Source: a bacterium
Lineage (GTDB): Bacteria; Auribacterota; UBA6266
Reading direction: 5' to 3'
Assembly (NCBI GenBank): GCA_023228325.1
Contig: JALOBK010000001.1
Span: forward strand, 1,925,507 to 1,989,506
DNA: 64,000 nucleotides
A model generated the notes under the pieces. That model was not told the origin of the DNA. It worked only from the letters and a program-made list of their open reading frames with translations, and did no database searches. Positions 1 through 10,035 of this stretch are shown piece by piece; positions within the stretch are counted from its first letter, which is position 1, and the number at the start of each line of letters is the position of its first letter. Position numbers and translations under genes: made by a program.

Positions 1-37
1 GGAAATTGCCCGCCATAGACCTTATAATTTTTAATTA

Positions 38-1447
38 ATGGACACTATAGAAAAAATAAAAAAACAAAAGAAAATACATCCCCCGAGAATAATATTATTC
101 TCATATCTCTGCGCAATACTCATCGGGGCGTTGTTGCTTGAGCTTCCCATATCTACGACGGGGCCCGGCAGGCTCCATTTCATAGATGCTCTTTTCCTTT
201 CGACCTCCGCAACCTGCGTTACCGGCCTGGTTGTAAAAAATATAGGTTCCGACCTGACGGCATTCGGGCAGATGGTGGTGCTTATCTTAATCCAGATAGG
301 CGGGCTGGGGATAATGACATTGTCTACTTTCTACCTGATGATAATAGGGAAAAGGATATCCATGAAAAACCAGCTGATAATAAGGGACACGCTGGATAAA
401 ACAAAAGGGATAAGCGTCAATAAATTAATAAGATCCGTACTGTTGTTCACGTTTATCACTGAACTGCTGGGTGCCCTGCTGTTATTTATACGGTTCAAAA
501 TCTCAGACAATCCCGTGCTGCCTTACGGCTCCGACCTTAAGATAGCATATTATTCGATTTTTCACTCGATATCGGCTTTCTGCAACGCGGGTTTCACGCT
601 CTTCGGCAGCAATATGGAGGCCTTTTCCGGCGATAATCTCGTGGTTCTCACGATGGCTGTACTGATTATACTCGGCGGACTGGGATTTTTAGTCGTTTTC
701 AACCTGCAGAACCTGAAATTCTGGAAAAGAGACAGGACGCTGAAAGGAAAGCTGAGCCTTCATTCCAGGATAGTGCTGATATCGACCGCCATACTTCTTA
801 TCTTCGGCGCCATGGTTATAGGCTCCATAGAATGGGATAACACTTTCAAAGATTTCACCCTTGCGGAAAAGGTCCAGGCCGCCGTCTTCTGCTCGGCCAC
901 TCCACGAACGGCGGGGTTCAACATAATAAACACCAATTCCATGAAAACAGCGACTCTTTTCTTTATCATGTTTTTAATGTTCATAGGGGCGTCTCCGGGC
1001 TCGACAGGCGGAGGTATCAAAACATGCACGCTCGCAGTCCTGGCCGCCACGACATATTCAATAATCAAAGGCAACCCGAATGTTACGGTCTTTAAACGGA
1101 CCGTGCCGCAAAGAGTCGTCCAGGAAGCCATTTCAATAGTGGTTATATCGGTTTACATAATATTGATTTCGACAACCCTGCTTCTTATAACGGAACAGAC
1201 TTCGGAAGTCAGGAATATGGTCGCAAACGGCTACCTTGTAAAAGTGCTTTTTGAAGTAATATCCGCTTTCGGCACCGTAGGCCTTTCGACGGGAATAACG
1301 CCTTATCTGTCTTTAGCCGGGAAATTTTTAATTATAATAATTATGCTGGTGGGGAGAATAAGCCCCCTTGCAATAGCCCTCATAGTAGGGAAAAGGGAAG
1401 ATTATCCGTCAATAAAATATCCGGAAGAAACTGTTATGGTCGGATAA
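38..1447 (+). CDS. ktrB: Ktr/Trk-type K+ uptake membrane subunit (TrkH/KtrB family)
   Basis: 469-aa polytopic membrane protein with repeated selectivity-filter-like glycine motifs (GGGIKT); followed 10 bp later by a 222-aa KtrA-like partner. Confidence 0.8.
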   Translation: MDTIEKIKKQKKIHPPRIILFSYLCAILIGALLLELPISTTGPGRLHFIDALFLSTSATCVTGLVVKNIGSDLTAFGQMVVLILIQIGGLGIMTLSTFYLMIIGKRISMKNQLIIRDTLDKTKGISVNKLIRSVLLFTFITELLGALLLFIRFKISDNPVLPYGSDLKIAYYSIFHSISAFCNAGFTLFGSNMEAFSGDNLVVLTMAVLIILGGLGFLVVFNLQNLKFWKRDRTLKGKLSLHSRIVLISTAILLIFGAMVIGSIEWDNTFKDFTLAEKVQAAVFCSATPRTAGFNIINTNSMKTATLFFIMFLMFIGASPGSTGGGIKTCTLAVLAATTYSIIKGNPNVTVFKRTVPQRVVQEAISIVVISVYIILISTTLLLITEQTSEVRNMVANGYLVKVLFEVISAFGTVGLSTGITPYLSLAGKFLIIIIMLVGRISPLAIALIVGKREDYPSIKYPEETVMVG

Positions 1448-1457
1448 AGGAGGTTAT

Positions 1458-2126
1458 ATGCAGTTTGCGGTTATCGGAGCAGGAAGATTCGGAACAAGCG
1501 TGGCGCAGGCTCTCAGCCAAAAAGGCTGCGAGGTCCTTGTAATAGATTCCAACCCCGAAAAAATACAGGAAATCAGCGAGATCGCGACACACGCGGTCGC
1601 AATGGATGCAACCGATGAAAGGGCCCTCAAAGCAATGGGCATGGAAAATATCGATGTTGCCATCGTTTCAATAGCTGAAACCCTCGAATCCAGCATTCTG
1701 GTGACGATGATACTGAAGGAACTGGGCGTTAAGACAGTTATATCCAAAGCCCGGACCCTCCTTCACGGAAAACTGCTGCAAAAAATCGGGGCCGACAGGG
1801 TAATATTTCCTGAAAGGGATATGGGCACCCGTCTGGCAAACAGCCTTGTTTCGCCGGATATCTTCGAACAGATTGAAATATCCCCCGGATATAATATAGC
1901 CGAACTTGAGATCCCTCATTCACTTGACGGGAAAAACCTCAATGAAAGCGGTATAAGAAAAAAATTCAATATCAATGTAATCGCCATAAAAAGCAAAAAT
2001 GATAAAAATACCAAGGGTAAGATATCAATCAATATCACGCCAACGCCAAATCACCTGCTTAATGAAGGGGATGTAATAGTTGTTATCGGGGAAACCGACA
2101 AAATAGAGAAATTCAAAGAATTATAG
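1458..2126 (+). CDS. ktrA: K+ uptake peripheral NAD-binding subunit (TrkA-N plus TrkA-C, KtrA-like)
   Basis: N-terminal Rossmann motif VIGAGRFG; 222 aa is typical of KtrA rather than the 458-aa TrkA; adjacent to ktrB. Confidence 0.8.
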   Translation: MQFAVIGAGRFGTSVAQALSQKGCEVLVIDSNPEKIQEISEIATHAVAMDATDERALKAMGMENIDVAIVSIAETLESSILVTMILKELGVKTVISKARTLLHGKLLQKIGADRVIFPERDMGTRLANSLVSPDIFEQIEISPGYNIAELEIPHSLDGKNLNESGIRKKFNINVIAIKSKNDKNTKGKISINITPTPNHLLNEGDVIVVIGETDKIEKFKEL

Positions 2127-2146
2127 AAAAGCAAGGGGAGAAGAAA

Positions 2147-2755
2147 ATGAAAAAATTGTATTTTGCCACAATCGCCATACTGATATTTTTATCCACATAT
2201 TCCCAGGCCCTGTTCGCTCCTTCTTCCGGAAAGAATGTCACAACAGTGTCAGGGAACTTCAGGCAGGTTAATGCCGAGATAAAGGTAATCGCCGTTCTTC
2301 CCATAGACAACGAAACATCTAAAGAAGAGGCGGGGGAATGGCTCAGAAATGCGCTTATCGAAGGTTTTGAATCCTACAGTTTTTATCTGATTTTAAGCCG
2401 GGAAACAATCGACGCTAAATTGAAGGAAGCAAACGTAACTGACATTTATTCATGTTCCCCCCAAAAACTCGGCGAAATACTGGGCGCGGAGGGCCTGGTC
2501 TACGGGCGGATAACGGTTTTTAAAGAAAGCGTGAATATCGTGTCGGCTTCCGTAAGAACAGGGGCGCGCATTCAGGTCGTACATACATCCACAGGCAGGG
2601 TAATCTACGATTCGCAGCAATTTGATAACACAAAAAGCCTGACACCCGGAGGCATTATCTTTGCTTCCCTTGAAGCAATAAGGAACCTCAGAAACAATTT
2701 GCTGAAGAAATATCCTTTGAAAAAGAAAGTCGAAACCTATAAAAGAGTGCGCTGA
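2147..2755 (+). CDS. secreted protein of unknown function (signal peptide, no lipobox Cys)
   Basis: N-terminal hydrophobic signal MKKLYFATIAILIFLSTYSQA; an AVLPIDNET stretch loosely recalls LpoB-like proteins; RBS GGGGAGAAG upstream. Confidence 0.45.
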   Translation: MKKLYFATIAILIFLSTYSQALFAPSSGKNVTTVSGNFRQVNAEIKVIAVLPIDNETSKEEAGEWLRNALIEGFESYSFYLILSRETIDAKLKEANVTDIYSCSPQKLGEILGAEGLVYGRITVFKESVNIVSASVRTGARIQVVHTSTGRVIYDSQQFDNTKSLTPGGIIFASLEAIRNLRNNLLKKYPLKKKVETYKRVR

Positions 2756-2759
2756 AAAA

Positions 2760-3491
2760 TTAAATTTCGCCTTTTTTCTTTAAAATTTTCCTGAGTTCCT
2801 GCAGGGCTTCGGGAACGCCTATATCTCCCCAGTATCCCTGTAACTCATATCCTCTCACATCAAGGCCGTCTTTAATCATCATTATCAGCGCATCGGTAAG
2901 CTCGTATTCTCCTCTCGGCGATTTTTGAAGGCCGGATGTGTAATCAAATATTTCAGGCCGGAAAATATAAATTCCGGCATTTTCGAGGTTGGAAACAGCG
3001 GTTCCCGGCTGAGGCTTTTCCACCAGGCCTGTAACCCTGCCGTTCGAATCCATGGTAACGGCGCCGCCGCCGTAAACATCCTTGACCTTTTTTAACGACA
3101 AAAGAGCCGAACAACCGGTCTTATAAAAATAATCCAGGATCATCGGATAATTGTCATGGGCGGTCAACACATCCCCGTAGGAGAGCAGGAATGGAGATTT
3201 CCCTAAAAAATCCCTGGCAAGTTCCGGCGCTTTCCCTGTGCCGTCCTGAACAAGCTGATGTTTATATGTAATATCAACTCCGAACGCGGCTCCGTTCTTA
3301 AAATAACCTTCGATTACCTCAGCCCTGTAACCGGTTATAATCAAAATCTCCTTTATGCCCATATTCTTAAGCGAAAGGATAATATATTCCAGGATAGGGG
3401 ACCCATGCGCTTCTAACATAGGCTTAGGGCAGTCTTTAGTAAGATCTTTCATCCGCTTGCCCTTACCGGCCGCAAGTATCACTGCTTTCAT
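2760..3491 (-). CDS. sugar-phosphate nucleotidyltransferase (short NTP_transferase family)
   Basis: N-terminal AAGKGKRM nucleotide-binding loop and PML motif typical of glucose/mannose-1-P nucleotidyltransferases; 243 aa. Confidence 0.7.
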   Translation of the reverse strand: MKAVILAAGKGKRMKDLTKDCPKPMLEAHGSPILEYIILSLKNMGIKEILIITGYRAEVIEGYFKNGAAFGVDITYKHQLVQDGTGKAPELARDFLGKSPFLLSYGDVLTAHDNYPMILDYFYKTGCSALLSLKKVKDVYGGGAVTMDSNGRVTGLVEKPQPGTAVSNLENAGIYIFRPEIFDYTSGLQKSPRGEYELTDALIMMIKDGLDVRGYELQGYWGDIGVPEALQELRKILKKKGEI

Positions 3492-3725
3492 ACAAGTCTC
3501 CGATTTTTTGAATGGGAAATATCTGCTCTTTACAATAAAAAAGCATCATAGTAAAAGGCTTATTCCAAATCAAGTTTTAATTTATATATCTTCAGGCAAG
3601 ATCTTAATTTCACAAAAACGTTTAACTTTTATCCCATGGCTGATTTAACGGTAACATCTTAATTTCATACAGGTCCGGAGTTCGTCAACCTCAATCATAT
3701 GCCTGAGCCCGACTTATAAAAAAAG

Positions 3726-3812
3726 TTGACATGTTTGAATATATGATTCAAAATAACTTTTCCGCTTTTTGTATAATATATTTATATGCTGTATGTTGTA
3801 TAATTATGTAAC
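3726..3812 (+). promoter_or_regulatory. putative promoter region for the sugar-binding-protein/glgA cluster (divergent from the nucleotidyltransferase gene)
   Basis: TTGACA at about 3725; two TTGTATAAT -10-like elements at about 3768-3776 and 3795-3803; AGGAG RBS at 3816-3820 before the ATG. Confidence 0.35.
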
Positions 3813-3830
3813 CGAAAGGAGAACTTAACA

Positions 3831-5108
3831 ATGTCCAGAATTATTACATCCATAGCGGCAATCACCCTGATGTTTTTCTCTTTCTCAGGATGCGCCAAAA
3901 TCGATAAAACAAACGTTACCAAAATTGAAGTCGCTTTCTGGGGTGCCCCGGAAGAAAAAGAAATAATAACCGAAACAGCAAAAAAATGGGAAAAAGAACA
4001 CCCGAACATTAAAATCATATTAAACCATATAGCCGCAAACGGCTACAGTTCAAAAATCCTGACCAGGATAGCCGCGGGTTCCGCGCCCGATATAATGTTC
4101 GCCGAAGTTAATATTTTCACATCTTTCATGGAAAAGGGCGCTTTTCTCGACCTGACACAGTTTATAAACGAGGATCCCGGCATATCAATAGATGATTTTT
4201 TTCCCGAAGTGGTGGACCGTTTTACAATAGACGGCAAATTGTATTGCCTGCCGCGGGACACGGCTCCTTTTGCCTGCGTTTTCTACAACAAGTCCATTTT
4301 TGATGCGGCCGAAATACCGTACCCAACGGATGACTGGACACTGGACGAGATGCTTGAGACAGCAAAAAAACTGACCATCAGGAAAGGCAACACCATCACA
4401 CAATACGGCTTTTACTCATGGTGCTGGATGAACTTTATTTATTCGTTCGGGGGAAGTATTGTGGATAATGTCAAAAATCCGGCCGAATTCACTTTTGATA
4501 AGCCCGGAACCGTGGAAGGGATACAATTCTATTCCGATTTAATGAATAAATACGAGGTAATGCCCAGTTCAACAGCCCTGGCAAATATCGGCATGGCGTT
4601 ATGGGAATTATTTACCTCGGGAAAGCTTGCGATGTACTCTTCCGGAATATGGGAAACGCCCCAATTCAGAAAAATCTCGAATTTCGACTGGGATGTAGTG
4701 ATGTTTCCCAAAGGGCCTTCGGGAATACGCGCCTTCGGGACAGGCGGTTCAGGGTATTGTATTTATAAAGAGACAAAATATCCCAAAGAAGCATGGATGG
4801 TCTTAAAAGCCTTAAGCGGTTCGGAAGGCCAAAGTAAACTTGCAGAGGACGGCCTGGCGCAGCCCGCCATAAGGGAAATCGCGGAAGGGCCGGCGTGGGC
4901 TCTCAGTCCCCGGAAACCAAAAAATAAAAAAATGCTCAACGAAGCCGTCAAATATGTCATTTACGAACCTTTCACGCCCAAATGGAGAGAAATCCAGGAC
5001 AACGTCATAATGCCCAATCTTGACCTTGTATTCAACGGCAAGAAAAAGATGTCCGAAATAGCTCCTGAAATAGACAAAAAAGCTAATGTTCTGCTTGAAG
5101 AAAAGTAG
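3831..5108 (+). CDS. ABC-transporter extracellular solute-binding protein (family 1, sugar-type), orphan lipoprotein
   Basis: lipoprotein signal ending FSGC; about 425-aa SBP fold; no permease or ATPase genes nearby. Confidence 0.75.
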   Translation: MSRIITSIAAITLMFFSFSGCAKIDKTNVTKIEVAFWGAPEEKEIITETAKKWEKEHPNIKIILNHIAANGYSSKILTRIAAGSAPDIMFAEVNIFTSFMEKGAFLDLTQFINEDPGISIDDFFPEVVDRFTIDGKLYCLPRDTAPFACVFYNKSIFDAAEIPYPTDDWTLDEMLETAKKLTIRKGNTITQYGFYSWCWMNFIYSFGGSIVDNVKNPAEFTFDKPGTVEGIQFYSDLMNKYEVMPSSTALANIGMALWELFTSGKLAMYSSGIWETPQFRKISNFDWDVVMFPKGPSGIRAFGTGGSGYCIYKETKYPKEAWMVLKALSGSEGQSKLAEDGLAQPAIREIAEGPAWALSPRKPKNKKMLNEAVKYVIYEPFTPKWREIQDNVIMPNLDLVFNGKKKMSEIAPEIDKKANVLLEEK

Positions 5109-5116
5109 AAAAAATC

Positions 5117-6577
5117 ATGAATATTTTATTTGCGGCAAGTGAAATCAGGCCATTCGCTAAAACCGGCGGTTTAGCCGATGTAGCAGGTTCACTGCCCGAT
5201 GAACTTAAAAAACTCGGGCACGACATAAGATCGATAATGCCGTTATACGACACTGTTCAGAAAAATTTCAGGGATCTTGAGAACTGCAATAAGCCTTTTG
5301 AAATAACGGTAGGCGACAATAAATATGAGGGAAATATATTCGCCGCCAGAACATCATCCGGCGCCCCCGTTTATTTTATTAAAAATGACCTCCTGTATAT
5401 GAGGGAAGGGCTTTACGGCGAGAGGACAGGGAATTACAAGGATAACTCTTCAAGATTCATTTTTTTCTGCAGGGCAGTCGTCAAAGCATGCGAATTATTA
5501 GGCTTTCAGCCCAATATCATCCATTGCAATGATTGGCAAACCGGTTTAATCCCCGCGTATCTAAAAATCACAGAATCGGAAAACCCCTTTTTTAAAGGCA
5601 CAAAAACCTTATACACCATCCACAATCTGGCGTATCAGGGCGCGTTCTGGCATTTTGATATGAAATTAACAGGCCTGCCCTGGTCGGTTTTCAGTTCCGA
5701 AGGCCTTGAATTTTTCGGGATGCTTAATTTCATGAAGTCGGGAATAGTGTTTTCGGACGCGATAAGCACCGTAAGTAAAAACTACAGCAAAGAAATTCAG
5801 ACCGAACGGCACTCCTTTGGAATGGAAGGCATACTCCGAAAACGCAAAAAGGATATATATGGAATCATCAACGGGGTAAATTACGGCGAATGGAATCCGG
5901 AAACGGATAAACATATAAAAGAAAATTACTCCGCCCTGAATATAAACGGTAAAAAGGCCTGCAAAAAAGACCTCCTTGAGGAATTCGCCATATCATCACC
6001 CGAAGCCCTGCCTGTTATAGGCATAGTTTCCCGGCTGGCAGAACAAAAAGGAATAGATTTGATTATTGATGCGATTCCGGAAATATTAAGCATGGATGTT
6101 GCGCTTCTCATACTGGGAAAAGGAGACGACAAATACCATTTGACTTTATGCAGGCTTGCAAATGCGCACAGGAACAAACTGGGTATAAAACTCGAATTCA
6201 ACGAACCTCTTGCGCATAAAATAGAAGCAGGATGTGATTTTTTTCTTATGCCTTCCAGGTATGAGCCTTGCGGGCTGAACCAGATATACAGCCTCAAATA
6301 CGGGACTATCCCGATAGTAAGCGCGACCGGCGGACTGGATGACACCATATTAAACTACAACCCGCTGACCGGCGCGGGCAACGGTTTCAAATTCAAAAAA
6401 TACGGCAAAGAGGCAATGCTGGAAAAAATCGCTGAAGCCCTGAAAATAACCGGAGACGAAAGGCATAAGACGCAAATAATCAAAAACGGCATGAACTGCG
6501 ATTTTTCATGGAACAAATCCGCCAAACAATACGAGACATTATATAAAACAATCATTAAAAAAGGAAATACGGCGTAA
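5117..6577 (+). CDS. glgA: glycogen (starch) synthase, ADP-glucose type
   Basis: N-terminal EIRPFAKTGGLADV motif; 486-aa GT5 glycogen synthase architecture. Confidence 0.9.
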   Translation: MNILFAASEIRPFAKTGGLADVAGSLPDELKKLGHDIRSIMPLYDTVQKNFRDLENCNKPFEITVGDNKYEGNIFAARTSSGAPVYFIKNDLLYMREGLYGERTGNYKDNSSRFIFFCRAVVKACELLGFQPNIIHCNDWQTGLIPAYLKITESENPFFKGTKTLYTIHNLAYQGAFWHFDMKLTGLPWSVFSSEGLEFFGMLNFMKSGIVFSDAISTVSKNYSKEIQTERHSFGMEGILRKRKKDIYGIINGVNYGEWNPETDKHIKENYSALNINGKKACKKDLLEEFAISSPEALPVIGIVSRLAEQKGIDLIIDAIPEILSMDVALLILGKGDDKYHLTLCRLANAHRNKLGIKLEFNEPLAHKIEAGCDFFLMPSRYEPCGLNQIYSLKYGTIPIVSATGGLDDTILNYNPLTGAGNGFKFKKYGKEAMLEKIAEALKITGDERHKTQIIKNGMNCDFSWNKSAKQYETLYKTIIKKGNTA

Positions 6578-7569
6578 TGTCGGAAATAAGAAAAGACCCT
6601 ATTGTAAACAGATGGATAATAATAGCTACGGACAGGAAAAACCGGCCGAATGATTTTTCCGTTTACGAAGAAAACGAGGATTTAAAATACTGTCCTTTCT
6701 GCGAAGGCAACGAAAAGATGACCACTCCGGAGATAACGGCTGTAAGAAAACCTGATTCCGCCCCGAATTCCGCTGGCTGGGATTTAAGGGTCATCCCGAA
6801 TAAATTTCCGGCTTTGAGGGTGGAAAATGAGCTGAAGAAAAGCAAAACAGGCATATACGAATCCCTCAGCGCCACAGGAGCTCACGAACTTATCATAGAA
6901 TCCCCGGACCATAACAAAGATCTGCGCCAATTTTCCGAAGAAAAAATATACAGCATACTGACAAACATAAAAAACAGGATATCGGACCTGAGAAATGATA
7001 TCAGGCTTCAGCATATTATTGTTTTCAAAAACGTAGGGCCGAAAGCGGGAGCGACGCTGAAGCACCCGCATTTTCAGTTAATCGCGATGCCCGTTATACC
7101 CAAGAGGGCGATGGAAGCCTTGACGGGAGCGCGGGATTATTTTAAAGTTCACAAAAAATGCGTCTTTTGCGACATTATCCGGCAGGAAACGGAAATCGGG
7201 GACAGGATAGTGGATTCCAACAACGAATTTCTTTCATTTTGCCCGTACGCGTCCAGATTTCCATTTGAAACCTGGATTATCCCCAAAAATCACGCCTCCG
7301 ATTTTGACCGCGCCGAAGAGGAGCATCTTATGTATCTCAGCCGCATAATGAAAAACACGCTCAATAAACTGCATAAAGCATTAAGAGACTTCCAGTACAA
7401 CCTGCTTATCCATACATCTCCCCTTCAATCCGGTTCTTCTGAGAGCTTCCACTGGCACATAGAAATATTTCCGAGAATAGTAAAGACGGCGGGTTTTGAA
7501 TGGGGGACAGGCTTCTTTATCAATTCAACCCCTCCCGAAGAAGCCGCTAAATTTTTACGGGAGATATAA
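6577..7569 (+). CDS. GalT-like hexose-1-phosphate nucleotidyltransferase (HIT superfamily)
   Basis: CPFCEGNE zinc motif and HPHFQ catalytic His-Pro-His; start overlaps the glgA stop. Confidence 0.75.
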   Translation: MSEIRKDPIVNRWIIIATDRKNRPNDFSVYEENEDLKYCPFCEGNEKMTTPEITAVRKPDSAPNSAGWDLRVIPNKFPALRVENELKKSKTGIYESLSATGAHELIIESPDHNKDLRQFSEEKIYSILTNIKNRISDLRNDIRLQHIIVFKNVGPKAGATLKHPHFQLIAMPVIPKRAMEALTGARDYFKVHKKCVFCDIIRQETEIGDRIVDSNNEFLSFCPYASRFPFETWIIPKNHASDFDRAEEEHLMYLSRIMKNTLNKLHKALRDFQYNLLIHTSPLQSGSSESFHWHIEIFPRIVKTAGFEWGTGFFINSTPPEEAAKFLREI

Positions 7570-7572
7570 AAA

Positions 7573-9747
7573 TTGAGCAGCCTGCACATTGCTTTCGTCT
7601 GGCATATGCACCAGCCTTGCTACAAACACCCCGAAACAGATTGTTATCTGCTTCCATGGGTCAGGCTTCATGCCGTAAAAGGATATTACGACATGGCAAG
7701 ACTGCATGAAGATTTTCCCTGTTTTCGCTCAACATTTAATTTTTCGGGTTCGCTTCTTAACCAATTGTCGGAATATGCTTCCGGCAAAATCAAAGAAACC
7801 TTTCTGCAGCTTTCCCTGAAACCCGCATCTGATCTCCGGGAAAAAGAAAAACAGGAAATCCTGTGGAACTTTTTTTCGCTAAACTGGGAAACCATGGCAG
7901 ACCCCTTTCCCGGATACAAAAAACTCCTCCTGATCCGCAAACAGATAAAATCCAGGCAGGATGCGCTAAGCTACGCGGAAAAGATCTCAAACCAGGATAT
8001 ACTGGATTTACAAGTCTGGTTCAATCTCGCGTGGATGGGGCATTATGCGGTAAAAGATTACCCGTATTTGAACGAATTAAGGAAGAAAGGCCATTCTTTT
8101 TCCGAGAAAGATAAAACCGATATCATAAAAACCCAGTTTGAAATAATCGGCAAAGTCATACCTCTTTACAAAAAACTGCAGGACAGGAAACAGATTGAAA
8201 TCAGTATAAGCCCGTTCAATCATCCTATACTGCCTTTATTGATTAACTCCGGGTACGCTGTTAAATCGGAACCGGCAACCGTTCTTCCGGACAATAATTT
8301 CCGCCATCCTGAAGACGCCCTGAACCAGATAAAAAAAGCTGTTGATGAATACATTCTTCATTTCAACAGGAAACCTCTGGGCCTGTGGCCGTCTGAAGGT
8401 TCTGTATGCGATGAAATCATACCTATGCTGTCCCGGAACGGTTTTATATGGACAGCCGCCGATGAAGAAATATTAAGTAAAACCTTAAAAGAGAATTATG
8501 AAAAAAGATCACTTTACCGGCCCTACAGGCTTAAGATAGGGGATGCAGAGATAAATATTATATTCAGAGACCATACGCTTTCAGATAAAATCGGCTTTGT
8601 TTACAGCCATATGGATCCGGATAAAGCCTCTGACGATCTTATTGCCTGCATTTCTTCAATCTCCGATATTACCGCCGGCGGCGGAACTCCGGGATTGGTT
8701 TCCCTTATCCTGGACGGAGAAAATCCATGGGAATATTATCATAAAGGCGGAATCGATTTTTTAAACAGATTATTCTCCAAAATCAGCGAATCGGAAAAAC
8801 TCAGGAGTACTACGGTTTCGGATTTTATCATGGATAACAAACCCCGCTCCATTCTAAAAAACATCTTTCCCGGGTCCTGGATTTCCCATAATTTCAGGAT
8901 ATGGATAGGGGATAAGTATAAAAACCAGGCATGGGATATACTCGCTGATGTCAGAAACCTTATTGAAGAAAAGGCGGCGGGGAATCAAGATGCTAAGTTA
9001 AAAACCGGCATACTTGAAAAGCTTTATATTGCAGAGGCCAGCGATTGGTTCTGGTGGTACGGGGACATCAACACAAGCGAATTCGATGACCTTTTTGACG
9101 GGCTTTTCAGGGCTAATGTGATATCTATATATAAAAGGTTGAATAATCCCGTGCCCGAACACGTATATACGCCTATAACCGAGACAACCGACAACAACCC
9201 CGAAATAAAAATACCCTCCGATTACATTCACCCCTTAATCGACGGGCAAATATCGGATTTTTATGAATGGAGAAGCGCGGCATATTATCAGTCAGTCGAA
9301 AGGTCCGGCGCCGCTATGCACAGGGCAACCTCGATGTTTACGGGTTTTTACTATGGATTTAACAAGGACAGCGTTTTTTTCAGAATAGATCCGGAAAAGA
9401 GATTCATTCAAAAAAGAAGTTTGCTTGGGGATATCGCATTACGTTTTTCCTTTTCTTATTTTCAAAAAGAATCAGCGGAATTTATATTAACCTTCGAACC
9501 CCTGGAGCTTCTTATCAAAAGCGCGTCATCCGGCAAGGATGTTTCTCTGAAAAACAATATCTCTTTCGGAAACATAATCGAATTTGCCGTGCCGCTCGGA
9601 TATATCGGGAAAAAAAACATCAAACTGCTGGACCTCAAAATTTTTATCCTCGAAAAAAAGGTTTTAATCGATCAGGTGCCTTCATCAGGATACCTCCGGG
9701 TGATGCTTCCTTCCATTGAATTCGAAAGCAGGATATGGTCTGCCTGA
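7573..9747 (+). CDS. glycoside hydrolase family 57 alpha-glucan-active enzyme (alpha-amylase/4-alpha-glucanotransferase-like)
   Basis: N-terminal FVWHMHQPCY GH57 region-1 signature; 724 aa; TTG start 4 nt after the galT-like stop. Confidence 0.75.
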   Translation: MSSLHIAFVWHMHQPCYKHPETDCYLLPWVRLHAVKGYYDMARLHEDFPCFRSTFNFSGSLLNQLSEYASGKIKETFLQLSLKPASDLREKEKQEILWNFFSLNWETMADPFPGYKKLLLIRKQIKSRQDALSYAEKISNQDILDLQVWFNLAWMGHYAVKDYPYLNELRKKGHSFSEKDKTDIIKTQFEIIGKVIPLYKKLQDRKQIEISISPFNHPILPLLINSGYAVKSEPATVLPDNNFRHPEDALNQIKKAVDEYILHFNRKPLGLWPSEGSVCDEIIPMLSRNGFIWTAADEEILSKTLKENYEKRSLYRPYRLKIGDAEINIIFRDHTLSDKIGFVYSHMDPDKASDDLIACISSISDITAGGGTPGLVSLILDGENPWEYYHKGGIDFLNRLFSKISESEKLRSTTVSDFIMDNKPRSILKNIFPGSWISHNFRIWIGDKYKNQAWDILADVRNLIEEKAAGNQDAKLKTGILEKLYIAEASDWFWWYGDINTSEFDDLFDGLFRANVISIYKRLNNPVPEHVYTPITETTDNNPEIKIPSDYIHPLIDGQISDFYEWRSAAYYQSVERSGAAMHRATSMFTGFYYGFNKDSVFFRIDPEKRFIQKRSLLGDIALRFSFSYFQKESAEFILTFEPLELLIKSASSGKDVSLKNNISFGNIIEFAVPLGYIGKKNIKLLDLKIFILEKKVLIDQVPSSGYLRVMLPSIEFESRIWSA

Positions 9748-9822
9748 AGAAATTTAACCTTAAAGTATCCTTGCAGATTTTCCCTCATTATTATAGACTT
9801 TTATAAAACGCGGGCCAAACCG

Positions 9823-10035
9823 ATGGAATGCAATAACAGGCAAAAAAATACAACTAACTGCAATTGTTCATATGAACCATGCTCAAGAAAAGGTATCTGC
9901 TGCGAATGCATAAGATACCATCTGGCAATGAAAGAACTGCCGGCCTGTTGTTTCCCGGACGACGCGGAAAAAACTTATGACAGGTCCTTCGAACACTTCA
10001 TACGGATACATAAAAAAGGCCAGGTTACAAAATGA
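9823..10035 (+). CDS. small cysteine-rich protein (9 Cys in 70 aa: CNC, CCEC and CC motifs), possible metal-binding, function unknown
   Basis: compact ORF with clustered Cys; its stop overlaps the start of the next gene (ATGA). Confidence 0.5.
   Translation: MECNNRQKNTTNCNCSYEPCSRKGICCECIRYHLAMKELPACCFPDDAEKTYDRSFEHFIRIHKKGQVTK

Noticed and set aside
3355-3648. 97-aa plus-strand ORF spanning the 5' end of the nucleotidyltransferase gene and the divergent promoter region
   Set aside because: It is antisense to a supported gene and runs through promoter DNA. It has no motifs.
9748-9822. promoter or terminator between the GH57 gene and the Cys-rich ORF (TTGCAG ... TATAGA)
   Set aside because: The spacing and hexamers are poor and there is no hairpin. 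Read-through from the upstream operon seems more likely.
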